Origin: Myxococcota bacterium
Lineage (GTDB): Bacteria; Myxococcota_A; Bradymonadia; UBA7976; UBA1532
Assembly (NCBI GenBank): GCA_036337435.1
Contig: JAYZEG010000095.1
Location: 1 to 64,000 of the forward strand
Length of the DNA stretch: 64,000 nucleotides
Direction of reading: 5' to 3'
Position numbers and translations under genes: made by a program. This document shows, piece after piece, positions 1 through 9,244 of this stretch; position 1 is the first letter of the stretch, and every line of letters begins with the position of its first letter. The notes beneath the pieces are model-generated. The model was not told the origin of the DNA. It saw nothing but the letters and a program-made list of their open reading frames with translations, and did no database searches.

Positions 1-2
1 CG

Positions 3-3000
3 CCTGTCTGCGTCAACGATGGTGACGGTGTTCGCTGTGTTGGCTGCCAGGTCGATGGGGATTGTAACGGGGGTCAGCAATGTGTCGCAGAGCAATGTCA
101 GCTCTGTGATGTGGCCGATAATGCAGGCTGCGGTGGGGATAAACCCATTTGCTTAGGTGGCACTGAGTGTGTGGCCTGTCTAGGTGACCAAGATTGTAAT
201 GGCACTCAATGCGTCAATAACGGCTGTGTGATCTGTGATGTGGCCGATAATGGCGGTTGCGGTGGTGACACGCCCATTTGTGTGGGCGGGACGGAGTGTG
301 TTGGCTGTGTGGCCGATGCCGATTGTAATGAGGCTGGCTTAGGTGAGTGTGTTGCTGGCAGTTGTCAGGTCTGTGATGTGGCCGATGGGGCTGGCTGCGG
401 CGGTGAGACCCCTGTGTGTGCCAATGTCGGCGGTGCTGCCGCCTGCGTTGAATGTACAGACAACGGCCAATGTAACCGACCGGGCCTAGGCGAGTGTGTG
501 GCCAATCAATGCCAACTCTGTGCCCTTGGCTCCAACGCCGGTTGCGGCGGGGATACCCCCATTTGCATAAACGACGGCGACGGTGTTCGCTGTGTCGGCT
601 GTCAGGGCGATGGTGATTGTAACGGTGGCCAATGTGTCGCCGAGCAATGCCAAGTCTGTGATCCGGCCGACGATGCGGGTTGTGGTGGAGAGACACCGGT
701 GTGTACAGCCGATGGCTCGCGCTGTGTGGGCTGCCTCGGTGATGGCGATTGCGCCGGTCAGCAATGTGTCGGTGAGCAATGTCAGCTCTGTGATGTGGCC
801 GACAATGCAGGCTGCGGTGGCGATGCCCCCGTCTGTGTCGGTGGCACGGAGTGTGTTGGTTGTGTCAATGATGGTGACTGTAACCAAGCTGGTCTAAGCG
901 AGTGCGTTGCCGGCAGCTGCGCTGTCTGTGATGTGGCGGACAACGCCGGCTGCGGTGGCGATACGCCATTTTGTGCAATTCAGGACGGCTTGCCCGTGTG
1001 CCAAGCGTGCCGTGATAGCGATGATTGTGACGGTGGTGATCTCGGCGAATGCGTCGCAGGTTCGTGTGCCGTTTGTAATCCTGAAGACAACGCTGGTTGT
1101 GGGGGGAATACACCCGTTTGCGTGGAGACCGATAATGGCTTTGCTTGCGCAGGCTGTGTCGACAATAACGATTGTGGGGACGACGCGCCAGAATGCGTAA
1201 ATGGAGTGTGTTCGGAATGTGATCCCAACCAGGCGGACACCTGTGCTGAGCCAACACCGTTCTGTGTTGATGTTGATGGACGCTTTGTTTGTGGCAGCTG
1301 TGGTGCTGATGCTGATTGTCCTGATGCCTGGAGCCCAGAATGTGTCAATGGCCAATGTTCTGCCTGTGATCCCGTGGACCATGCAGGTTGTAACGAATTC
1401 CAACCCTTGTGCCAGGCGGGTGAATTTGGAAATTGGTGTGTTGACTGTGTCATCGATGAACACTGCGCTGACCAAGGTGGTGGATTTTGCGATAGTGGCC
1501 AATGTCAAGTCTGTCAGGTAGGCACCAATGCCGGGTGTGACGACCCTGACCGTCCCTTCTGTGTAGACGGTGCCATGGGACGAACATGCGTTGAATGCAG
1601 TGGAAATGCCGACTGCGGAGATCCGGATAAACCTGTCTGTCAGGATGGTTCATGCGGCGCATGTGCCCTCTTCACCAATCAAGGCTGTGACGCCGCAAAT
1701 CCAGTTTGTTCTCAAGGCCAAAATGGAGAGACGGCATGTGGACCATGCGAACAGGATTGGCAATGTCCTTGGGGTCGTAATGAATGCGTCGATGGGGGCT
1801 GTGAAGTCTGTGATTTGGCCGATAATGCAGGCTGCGTGAACCAAGACCAACCCTTCTGCGTTGTGGGGCCGGACGGAAACGAATGTGCTGGTTGCCGAGA
1901 TGATGGCGACTGCGGACCGGAGGCACCGTCGTGTGTCGAAGGCACCTGCGTTTCCTGCGACCCTCAGACCAATGAAGGCTGTGGAGGCGGGACACCATTC
2001 TGTGTGATCGGAGAGTTGGCTGGCGAATGTGTCGAATGTGTCAACGACGGTCATTGCATGGGTCTAGAAGGGGAGTGTGTCACCGGCCAATGCGAAGTCT
2101 GTGATCTAGCTGATAATGCCGGCTGTGGTGGCGACCAGCCATTCTGTCGTGACTTGGGCCAAGGGCCAGAGTGCGCGGGCTGCCGTGATAATGCTGATTG
2201 TCTCAATCCAGATTTGCCGCTCTGTTCTGCAGGGCAATGTACTCAATGCGATGCCGAAGCTAACCAAGGCTGCGCAGGGAATACGCCAAACTGTCAGGCT
2301 AATCCGAATGGTAATGTTTGCGTAGATTGCCGCGATGATGATGATTGTGGGGAAGAGAACGCCGGACAATGTGTTGATACAGCCTGTGGACTTTGCGATC
2401 CAGCGGACCATGCTGGTTGCGGTGGTCAAACTCCATTCTGCGAGAATCGAGACGGCGTGTTGACGTGCGTTGGTTGTCGTGCAGATGGGGATTGTGACCC
2501 CGGAGTGCCCGTTTGTGTCGCTGACGTGTGTCAAGTTTGTAACCCCGATACCAATGACGGGTGTGGGGCAGACCAATTGTGTACAGCTGATGGTTCGTCT
2601 TGTGTTGAGTGTCTGGGTGATCAGGATTGTGATGGGGCTGAAGGTCAATGTGTTGGGGGAGTGTGCGAAACCTGCGATCTCGCCGACAATGCAGGCTGTC
2701 AGGTCGATGCGCCATTCTGTGTGACCAATAACGGTGTTCTTACCTGTATTGGGTGTCGGGAAAATCAAGATTGCCAAGATCCACAAGCACCTATTTGCAC
2801 AGACACCAATTGTGAATTCTGTGACCTGGATACCAATGAAGGTTGCGCTGGAGAAACGCCGGTCTGTGTCCTTGGTGATGGTGGTGTTCGAAGCTGCGTG
2901 CAATGCAATGGAGACGCCGATTGTGGCAATGGGGCTGCGGGTACATGCGTTGATCAGGTCTGCCAGGTTTGCGACCCGAGTAACGACAGGGGCTGTGGCG

Positions 3001-4050
3001 GAGATACGCCCTTGTGCAGTGATGTAGGCGGTCAAGCACGTTGTGTCGGCTGTCGTAATGATGGTGATTGTGGTGGAAATACTGGTGAGTGCGTCAATGA
3101 CACCTGTGAACGCTGTGATACCGCTGACAACAGTGGCTGTAACCCGGGTGACCAATGTGTCCAGCGCGAACAGGGGAATGTATGCTTGGAGTGCGTTATC
3201 GATGCTGATTGTGCGGATCCAAACGCATCACAATGCGTCGCGGGCGTATGCAGCACCTGCGATGAGGCTGATGATGCGGGTTGTCCTGGAGACAGCTTCT
3301 GCGTTTCAACCGACGGCGTCCTCAGCTGTGAGCAATGTCGTGACAACAATGACTGTGCCGATCCGGCAGCTCCTGCCTGTTCCAATGGTACGTGCCAGCG
3401 CTGCGACCTCGCGACCAGCGATGGGTGCGATGCTGCCGAGCCTTTCTGTCTAATCGATGAAGGCGAACGTCGGTGTGCGGCCTGTTCGAACGATGGCGAC
3501 TGCCAGGTGCCCGGTCAGGGTCAATGTCTCATCGACCAATGCGCTGTTTGCGACCCGGTGGACCACGCTGGGTGCGCAGGAGACACAGAATTCTGCGTTC
3601 AGCGGGGAGATGGCTTTACGTGCATCGGATGTCGTGACGACGGTGATTGTGCTGGCGTCGCTGGGCAATGCGTTGCCGACAACTGTGCGGTTTGTGATCC
3701 GGTGGACCATGCCGGCTGTGGCGGAGATACACCATTCTGTCAGCCGGGCGATAATGGTCAGAACACCTGTGTTGGGTGTCGGGACAACCAGGATTGTCCG
3801 GGCGACCGAAGCCAGTGTCTTGCCGGTGTGTGTGAAGTTTGCGAACCGGGTACGAATATAGGTTGCGCGGCAAATGCGCCATTCTGTGTCGCTGACGGCG
3901 CTGCCCGAGCGTGTAATGAATGTCGTGATGATGGCGACTGTATTGGCGGAGAGCCAGAGTGCGTTGACGGCAGCTGCGCACTCTGTGATCCCAACGATAA
4001 TGCCGGGTGTGGTCGAGGCACTGAATGTGTGGCGGCAGCGTGTCAGCCCA
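3..4050 (+). repeat. Tandem array of ~27 degenerate 44-50 aa repeats, consensus CDxxDNAGCGGxTPxC..CVxCxxDxDC..CVxGxCxx
   Basis: Counted by eye in the translation, 8 Cys per unit. The 5' units are also similar at DNA level (nt ~14-110 vs ~570-662). Confidence 0.9.
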
Positions 4051-6137
4051 TTGCGAGCTGCATTAATGGTGTCCAAGACCAAACGGAGAGCGACACCGAT
4101 TGTGGCGGGCTTTGTGCACCCTGCCTACTTGGGCAAACCTGTGTACAGGCATCGGATTGTGAGAGCGAACTTTGTTTGCAGGGGGTCTGTACAGCGGAGC
4201 CGACCTGTGACGATCAAATCGCCAATGGAAATGAAACCGACGTTGACTGTGGTGGACCGGATTGTGACCCATGTGCCGATGGGGCCAGCTGCCAGCAAGC
4301 ATCGGATTGTCTAGGGGGCGAGTGCGATCAAAACGGTCAATGTGTCGAAGGCAATCCGCGACCGGTTATCGAGCAAGCCAATGTCTATTATGATCCAGAG
4401 TCTGATGGACTCGGCATTGTCGTCAGCGGCCGAGACTTGGATATGAACGTGACTGATTTTGAGCTGGAATTACTCGATATAAACGGCAGTAATGTCCTCA
4501 ATCCGCAAGGCCCAGTCAGGCTCAATTTTGTCAGTTTGGCGCAGGCCGACGGGGTCTTCAATGGCTCGTATTCAATTCCGTACGCGGATCTCATGTTTGA
4601 GCAAAATCGATTCCTCGATCCAATGCCGACCTTTGTTGCTGCGCGCCTGAGGGTTTTTGATGGAGCAAACCAGGCGAGCGAAGTCAGCACGCCAGCCATT
4701 GACTTACCGCCATTTCAAGTACGAAATGCTGCCTGCGACCGCTTTGGCGGGCTCAATCGATGTGCCCCAGAAGATTTTTGCATGACCGCCAATGGGCAAG
4801 GTAATAATTTCCGCTGCTTCGATTCGACCATAGGTTGTCCCGATCCGAGGGTGAACTTGAATGACCGCCAAGTCGGCAGTGTCTGGACTGTGGAGGGCGA
4901 TACCAGTCGAAATGCGCCGACGAATATGACGGGCAGTTGTGACGGTGGTGAAGGATATAATGTCTACGAATTTACGGCGCCGGCCGCATCGACATACATC
5001 TTTACTGTCGTCAGTGCCGGCGACTTACCGCTGGCACCTGCCGCAGTCTATGTCCGAAGCATGTGTGGCATCGAGACGTCTGAGTTGGCCTGCAACACCG
5101 GTCAGTTCAATCGCGATGCCAGCGTCACAGTCGATTTGGAGGCAAATCAGCTGGTCTATGTATTCGTAGACGGTCAATCAAATCCCAATTTTGAGACAAC
5201 GGGTACCTATCGACTCGACGTGGCTGAGCTGGTGCGTCCTGAGGTTCAGTCGGCTGAGGCTTGGTTTAACCGCAATACGGGTTCGACGTCTGTCGACCTC
5301 ACTGGTGTTCGCGGACTCATTGGTCTAGATGGGCTCGAATTCTATTACTTTGATGCAGGCGGTCAACCGGTCAGCCTTTTGGGTTGGCCAGGTCCTTTTC
5401 GGACTGGGCTTGAGATCACAGAACAAGCGCGCGATGACGGCCGCTTTGATTTCTCGGGAACCACCAGCGTCAATCGCGACCCAGACGCGGCTCAAAGACA
5501 AATTATAGAGCAAATCAGCGTGGGTGTATTCGACCTTCAAAACATGGTCTCTAACCATCTTGTGGTCCCCTTACAAGAGCCTGTGCCGGTCGGGATTGAT
5601 GAAGAATGTGATTCGCAAAGTGCGCGTACCGTCTGTCCCGATGGTGCGGAATGCTTTATCACCAATCCTCTCATCGAGCAGGTGCCCCATTGTCATATGA
5701 CCGGGACAGCGTGTCCGCCTGAGTGGACTGCGGTCGACATGAACGGTCAGCAAGCAGGTCAAAATGTGTGGGAATATATGGGTGACCAAACCAGGCAAGA
5801 TAATCACTACGGCGAACATGGGCGTGGCACATGCGAACCATGGGGTCACACAGGCTGGAATGACCTGTATGAGTTTACCATCCCATCAGACGGCAATTAT
5901 ACGGTCTTCACCTATGCATTCGGCGCGACGGACACATTCATGTTCGTAAGAAGCGAATGCGGGGTTGAATCAGATGAGGCTGAACTTGCATGTAACGATG
6001 ATGAGCCTGGTATGCCTGACAGCGGGGCCTGGCTCTGGAACCAGAACCAGGGTGACAAAGTTTATATTTTCGTGGACTCGGCTGGGTTTGGCGGCCAAGG
6101 GCAATACGAGCTAGAAATTCGCAGAACAGGTCCATAG
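3..6137 (+). CDS. Giant acidic cysteine-rich repeat surface/secreted protein (5'-truncated by the window) with two C-terminal PPC-like modules
   Basis: Frame is open from nt 3 (PVCVNDGDGVRCVGC...), so the start lies upstream of the window. About 27 tandem 8-Cys repeats, then two 'CxNGxxDxxEtDxDCGG' repeats, then two similar ~300-aa modules each ending in a pre-peptidase-C-terminal-like domain (YEFTxP...ELACN...VYxFVD...GxYxLxx). Ends in TAG at 6135-6137. Confidence 0.85.
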   Translation, partial: PVCVNDGDGVRCVGCQVDGDCNGGQQCVAEQCQLCDVADNAGCGGDKPICLGGTECVACLGDQDCNGTQCVNNGCVICDVADNGGCGGDTPICVGGTECVGCVADADCNEAGLGECVAGSCQVCDVADGAGCGGETPVCANVGGAAACVECTDNGQCNRPGLGECVANQCQLCALGSNAGCGGDTPICINDGDGVRCVGCQGDGDCNGGQCVAEQCQVCDPADDAGCGGETPVCTADGSRCVGCLGDGDCAGQQCVGEQCQLCDVADNAGCGGDAPVCVGGTECVGCVNDGDCNQAGLSECVAGSCAVCDVADNAGCGGDTPFCAIQDGLPVCQACRDSDDCDGGDLGECVAGSCAVCNPEDNAGCGGNTPVCVETDNGFACAGCVDNNDCGDDAPECVNGVCSECDPNQADTCAEPTPFCVDVDGRFVCGSCGADADCPDAWSPECVNGQCSACDPVDHAGCNEFQPLCQAGEFGNWCVDCVIDEHCADQGGGFCDSGQCQVCQVGTNAGCDDPDRPFCVDGAMGRTCVECSGNADCGDPDKPVCQDGSCGACALFTNQGCDAANPVCSQGQNGETACGPCEQDWQCPWGRNECVDGGCEVCDLADNAGCVNQDQPFCVVGPDGNECAGCRDDGDCGPEAPSCVEGTCVSCDPQTNEGCGGGTPFCVIGELAGECVECVNDGHCMGLEGECVTGQCEVCDLADNAGCGGDQPFCRDLGQGPECAGCRDNADCLNPDLPLCSAGQCTQCDAEANQGCAGNTPNCQANPNGNVCVDCRDDDDCGEENAGQCVDTACGLCDPADHAGCGGQTPFCENRDGVLTCVGCRADGDCDPGVPVCVADVCQVCNPDTNDGCGADQLCTADGSSCVECLGDQDCDGAEGQCVGGVCETCDLADNAGCQVDAPFCVTNNGVLTCIGCRENQDCQDPQAPICTDTNCEFCDLDTNEGCAGETPVCVLGDGGVRSCVQCNGDADCGNGAAGTCVDQVCQVCDPSNDRGCGGDTPLCSDVGGQARCVGCRNDGDCGGNTGECVNDTCERCDTADNSGCNPGDQCVQREQGNVCLECVIDADCADPNASQCVAGVCSTCDEADDAGCPGDSFCVSTDGVLSCEQCRDNNDCADPAAPACSNGTCQRCDLATSDGCDAAEPFCLIDEGERRCAACSNDGDCQVPGQGQCLIDQCAVCDPVDHAGCAGDTEFCVQRGDGFTCIGCRDDGDCAGVAGQCVADNCAVCDPVDHAGCGGDTPFCQPGDNGQNTCVGCRDNQDCPGDRSQCLAGVCEVCEPGTNIGCAANAPFCVADGAARACNECRDDGDCIGGEPECVDGSCALCDPNDNAGCGRGTECVAAACQPIASCINGVQDQTESDTDCGGLCAPCLLGQTCVQASDCESELCLQGVCTAEPTCDDQIANGNETDVDCGGPDCDPCADGASCQQASDCLGGECDQNGQCVEGNPRPVIEQANVYYDPESDGLGIVVSGRDLDMNVTDFELELLDINGSNVLNPQGPVRLNFVSLAQADGVFNGSYSIPYADLMFEQNRFLDPMPTFVAARLRVFDGANQASEVSTPAIDLPPFQVRNAACDRFGGLNRCAPEDFCMTANGQGNNFRCFDSTIGCPDPRVNLNDRQVGSVWTVEGDTSRNAPTNMTGSCDGGEGYNVYEFTAPAASTYIFTVVSAGDLPLAPAAVYVRSMCGIETSELACNTGQFNRDASVTVDLEANQLVYVFVDGQSNPNFETTGTYRLDVAELVRPEVQSAEAWFNRNTGSTSVDLTGVRGLIGLDGLEFYYFDAGGQPVSLLGWPGPFRTGLEITEQARDDGRFDFSGTTSVNRDPDAAQRQIIEQISVGVFDLQNMVSNHLVVPLQEPVPVGIDEECDSQSARTVCPDGAECFITNPLIEQVPHCHMTGTACPPEWTAVDMNGQQAGQNVWEYMGDQTRQDNHYGEHGRGTCEPWGHTGWNDLYEFTIPSDGNYTVFTYAFGATDTFMFVRSECGVESDEAELACNDDEPGMPDSGAWLWNQNQGDKVYIFVDSAGFGGQGQYELEIRRTGP

Positions 6138-6299
6138 GGGCCATGCTTTCGTAGGCTGAAGACCGACTTTCAACCTGGCGTTGACCACATCCAGTTGCGA
6201 CCTACCATCGGCCTTCGTCTGTGAGGGTCGCTTGCGCCCAGACCCTGCGTCCAACACATTGAATTGCCCTTGGTCAATAAGCGCGTTAGATTTGTGGGT

Positions 6300-7415
6300 A
6301 TGGATATTAATCCCATAGGCGTGGCCGTCCCTTTCTTTCTTTTGCTGATAGGCATCGAATGGCTGGTTTTACGTAAGCAGAAAAAAGACGTCCGCATAAA
6401 CGATGCCATCACGGACATGAGTTGCGGTCTGGGCGATCAGACCATCTCACTCCTCGCCAAATCGACCGTCCTGATTCCCTACGTTGCGCTCCAAACTCAC
6501 TATGGGGCCGCCCGCTGGGCAATGGACTCGGTGTGGACATGGGTCATTGGCTTCATCGTCACAGATTTCTGTTTTTACTGGTATCATCGTTTCAGCCACA
6601 GGGTGAATCTCGGATGGGCAACTCACGCCGTTCACCACCAATCTGAAGAGTATAATTTAAGCGTCGCGCTTAGGCAGCCTTGGTTTAGCGTCTTCTACAA
6701 TTGGATTTTCTATCTGCCACTTGCATTTTTAGGCCTACCGGTCGAGGTCTACGCCACTTCATTGGCCTTTAACTTACTCTATCAATTCTGGATTCACACG
6801 GAGACCATTCGACGGCTTGGTGCTTTCGAATGGGTGTTTAACTCTCCGTCCCATCATCGCGTCCATCACGGCACCAATCCGGATTACATAGACAAAAACT
6901 ACGCAGGTGTGTTGATCATTTGGGACCGCCTTTTCGGGACCTTCCAAGATGAACATGAGCAAGTGCTCTACGGAACCCTCAAACCGTTGCGAAGCTGGAA
7001 CCCCATTTGGGCGAATGTGGGGCCGTGGGTCTACCTGTCAAAGTTATCTGCGTCGCAAGCGTCTTTCGTTGACGGGCTAAAAGTGTGGTTCATGCCACCG
7101 GAATGGACGCCAGACGGACCCATCGATCCAAAAACATTATTCGCAGGAGACGATCGCGGTTACAACGTGGACAAAGCATCCAAACTGCATGGCTACATTC
7201 TATTAAACTTGATCCTGACGGGCACCATCCTCGGGGTCTTGCTGACTTTTGAAAAGAGCATCGGTGTTCAGCATCAAATCGTCGGTGCTGTCTTTGTCGT
7301 CTTATCATTGAGTGTGTGGGCAGGTCTCTTTGAGGGCCGAAAGTGGGCTTGGCCACTGGAAGTGGTTCGCTTGATATACGGTGTGTGTGCTGCGAGCACA
7401 CTCTTTTTGATATAG
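6300..7415 (+). CDS. Sterol desaturase/fatty acid hydroxylase family protein, alkylglycerol monooxygenase (AGMO)-like
   Basis: His boxes YWYHRFSH, HAVHHQS, FWIH and HHRVHH; KNYAG..IIWDRLFGTF; extra C-terminal TM helices as in AGMO. ATG 6300 preferred over TTG 6264. Confidence 0.85.
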   Translation: MDINPIGVAVPFFLLLIGIEWLVLRKQKKDVRINDAITDMSCGLGDQTISLLAKSTVLIPYVALQTHYGAARWAMDSVWTWVIGFIVTDFCFYWYHRFSHRVNLGWATHAVHHQSEEYNLSVALRQPWFSVFYNWIFYLPLAFLGLPVEVYATSLAFNLLYQFWIHTETIRRLGAFEWVFNSPSHHRVHHGTNPDYIDKNYAGVLIIWDRLFGTFQDEHEQVLYGTLKPLRSWNPIWANVGPWVYLSKLSASQASFVDGLKVWFMPPEWTPDGPIDPKTLFAGDDRGYNVDKASKLHGYILLNLILTGTILGVLLTFEKSIGVQHQIVGAVFVVLSLSVWAGLFEGRKWAWPLEVVRLIYGVCAASTLFLI

Positions 7416-8135
7416 GTGCTTCTCTTGTTTGACGGGCACTCTTTTTTTACTGGGTCTAAGGCGAGGTTACTCCGCTTATCAAAGGCCAAACTGGGGCTAT
7501 GCTTCGGCGCACTGGTCCTGGCTGGTTGCGCGGCATCGTCTCAGCATGTTGTTTTATCACTGCAGGACATCAGTTGCTCGAGTTGCGGTGTACACAGCGT
7601 TGACGTACTTCGTGGTGCGAAGGGCGTTCGACGCGTCCAGTTCCATAAGGTCAAAGCTGAACTCTCGATTCATTACGAGACGGGAAAACAGACACCCGAT
7701 GCTCTACAGAGGTTGGTCAGTAGTCTAGGTTATGGCGTCACAGTGGGTGCTGGCCAGGGTCGGTACAAAAAGCCCGGGCTAGAGAAGACCGATAAAGATG
7801 TCAGAACCATTCGTAATCCAGGTAGAGAACTGGATGTCGCGCGCTTGGCTGTGTCTGGTAAAGCAACGATCGTCGACTTCTTTGCCATTTGGTGTGGCCC
7901 CTGTCGACAAGTAGACGAATACGTCATGGGCATTCTCCAAAATGAGCCGGACCTTGCCTATCGTCGAATCGATATTGGCGATTGGGATTCTGTGATTGCA
8001 AAGCGGTATTTGGGCCGTGTTCCAGAACTGCCATTTGTCATTGTCTACGACCGAAATCGAGTTGAAGTCGGCCGACTATCCGGACTCCAGTTTGGGGCGC
8101 TAGACGAACTCATCGATAAGGCACTGACACAATGA
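7416..8135 (+). CDS. Putative lipoprotein fusing a heavy-metal-associated (HMA) domain to a thioredoxin domain
   Basis: Lipobox-like LVLAGC; HMA motif ISCSSC..GVRRV; thioredoxin motif VDFFAIWCGPC and LPFV cis-Pro loop. Exact start is uncertain. Confidence 0.8.
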   Translation: MLLLFDGHSFFTGSKARLLRLSKAKLGLCFGALVLAGCAASSQHVVLSLQDISCSSCGVHSVDVLRGAKGVRRVQFHKVKAELSIHYETGKQTPDALQRLVSSLGYGVTVGAGQGRYKKPGLEKTDKDVRTIRNPGRELDVARLAVSGKATIVDFFAIWCGPCRQVDEYVMGILQNEPDLAYRRIDIGDWDSVIAKRYLGRVPELPFVIVYDRNRVEVGRLSGLQFGALDELIDKALTQ

Positions 8136-9163
8136 GCCGACTGTTCGTTAGCATGGTGATCGCCGGTAGTGTTATCGCCTTTTCGTTTCCTGGGGTTGCC
8201 CTCGGCGGTGCCTGAAGTGGCTGAACAAACCCAAATCTCGCCGGTGGCGGGGATCACGGTGGTTATGGATTGCATCTTGGCAAGCTCAGACTCACCATAT
8301 CGACAATGGGGGCCAGGGTACGGGTGAGTCACACTGTACCATCGAATCAGTATGAGCCAGGTGTTGCCCAAGAACAGCAAGCGATGACCCATGCTCAAAC
8401 CCTTGATTTATTGAACACAGACCTCACCGTTTCGTATGTTTTTACTCAGAGGGTCGAGCTGTCTTTAGCGATCCCGTTAAGGCTGGTCAGAAGTTCCGTG
8501 GATTTTCTCGACCAGGCAGGGCGTAAACTCAACGGATTTGAAAGTATCCATCATCGAAACGAGACCATCACAGGCGTCGATGATTTGCGTCTCGAGGTCC
8601 GTCATCGGCTGTTGACGCCGGCGTCGTTAGATACGCTTCGTTTGGATGTGAAATACGGCATCAGTTTTCCGGTTGCCGCCATAGAACCGGACCCATTTGA
8701 GTTAGGCCGACGAGGTCGGAGACATCAACATGTGTTCTTTGGCACCGGGACGTTTGACCCGCTGGCGGCGGTCCAAATCGAATACGGGTTCGGAGAATTC
8801 GTGCTTGGCGGTGAGACGGAATGGACGGGTTCACTCTACGCCAATCGATATGGATACCGTGGTCCTATCTCATTGACCCAACGCGTTGCGATTGGTTCGT
8901 CCTTCGGCACGACCACGTGGTTCCCTAGCTTGGGGACAGAACTCTTCAAAGAGTTTCCTGCCAGGTGGTCCAATGAGGTTGCCGAGAACAGTGGGCGTTT
9001 GGAAGTCAGCCCAATGGTGGCGTTGCGCGCCGCTGCGACACGTTGGGTGAGTGTGATGGCGTCAGTGAAAAAGCCGTTCATTCTGTCGGCTCAGTCGACG
9101 ACACTCCATGTGCCCTTGATCGTTATGCTGAGTGTGCAGACAGCAGTGGACACGCACCGCTAG
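8132..9163 (+). CDS. Candidate selenoprotein: signal peptide + UxxU motif + putative outer-membrane beta-barrel ('transporter'-like), 343 aa if both TGA are read through
   Basis: ATG 8132 overlaps the upstream stop (ATGA) and is in frame with the listed ORF 8270..9163. It reads MSRLFVSMVIAGSVIAFSFPGVALG-GA*SG*TNPNL with TGA at 8213 and 8222. Downstream are amphipathic beta-strands and the motifs GVDDLRL, GISFP and GTGTFDP. Confidence 0.75.
8228..8264 (+). promoter_or_regulatory. Putative bacterial SECIS element
   Basis: Hairpin CTCGCC-GGT-GGCGGG at 8237-8251 with a G-first apical loop, 18 nt after the second TGA and 27 nt after the first. Possible lower stem AACC(8228-31)/GGTT(8261-64). Confidence 0.6.
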
Positions 9164-9168
9164 GCCAA

Positions 9169-9228
9169 CACGGCCAAAAGACGCCCAGGGCACCAGCGGA
9201 CTGCTCGGTGGGCATCCTTGGCCCCGTG
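9169..9228. terminator. Imperfect long hairpin between convergent genes, possible terminator or stability element
   Basis: CACGG-CCAA pairs with TTGG-cc-CCGTG; inner CACC/GGTG and AGC/GCT. No U-tract. Confidence 0.3.
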
Positions 9229-9244
9229 CGGGCAAGATGGCGTG

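Noticed and set aside
214..4314. Numerous overlapping alternative-frame and antisense ORFs within the giant gene
   Set aside because: These are shadow ORFs caused by the repetitive, biased codon usage and show no protein-like motifs.
8213..8224. Genome-wide TGA reassignment (genetic code 4 or 25) as the explanation for the in-frame TGAs
   Set aside because: Many long genes have no internal TGA, Trp is encoded by TGG, and TGA ends conserved genes at the expected place (dnaJ, hemW, msrB).
8270..9163. Listed TTG start at 8270
   Set aside because: It gives a barrel-like protein with no signal peptide, whereas the in-frame ATG 8132 gives translational coupling and a signal peptide.
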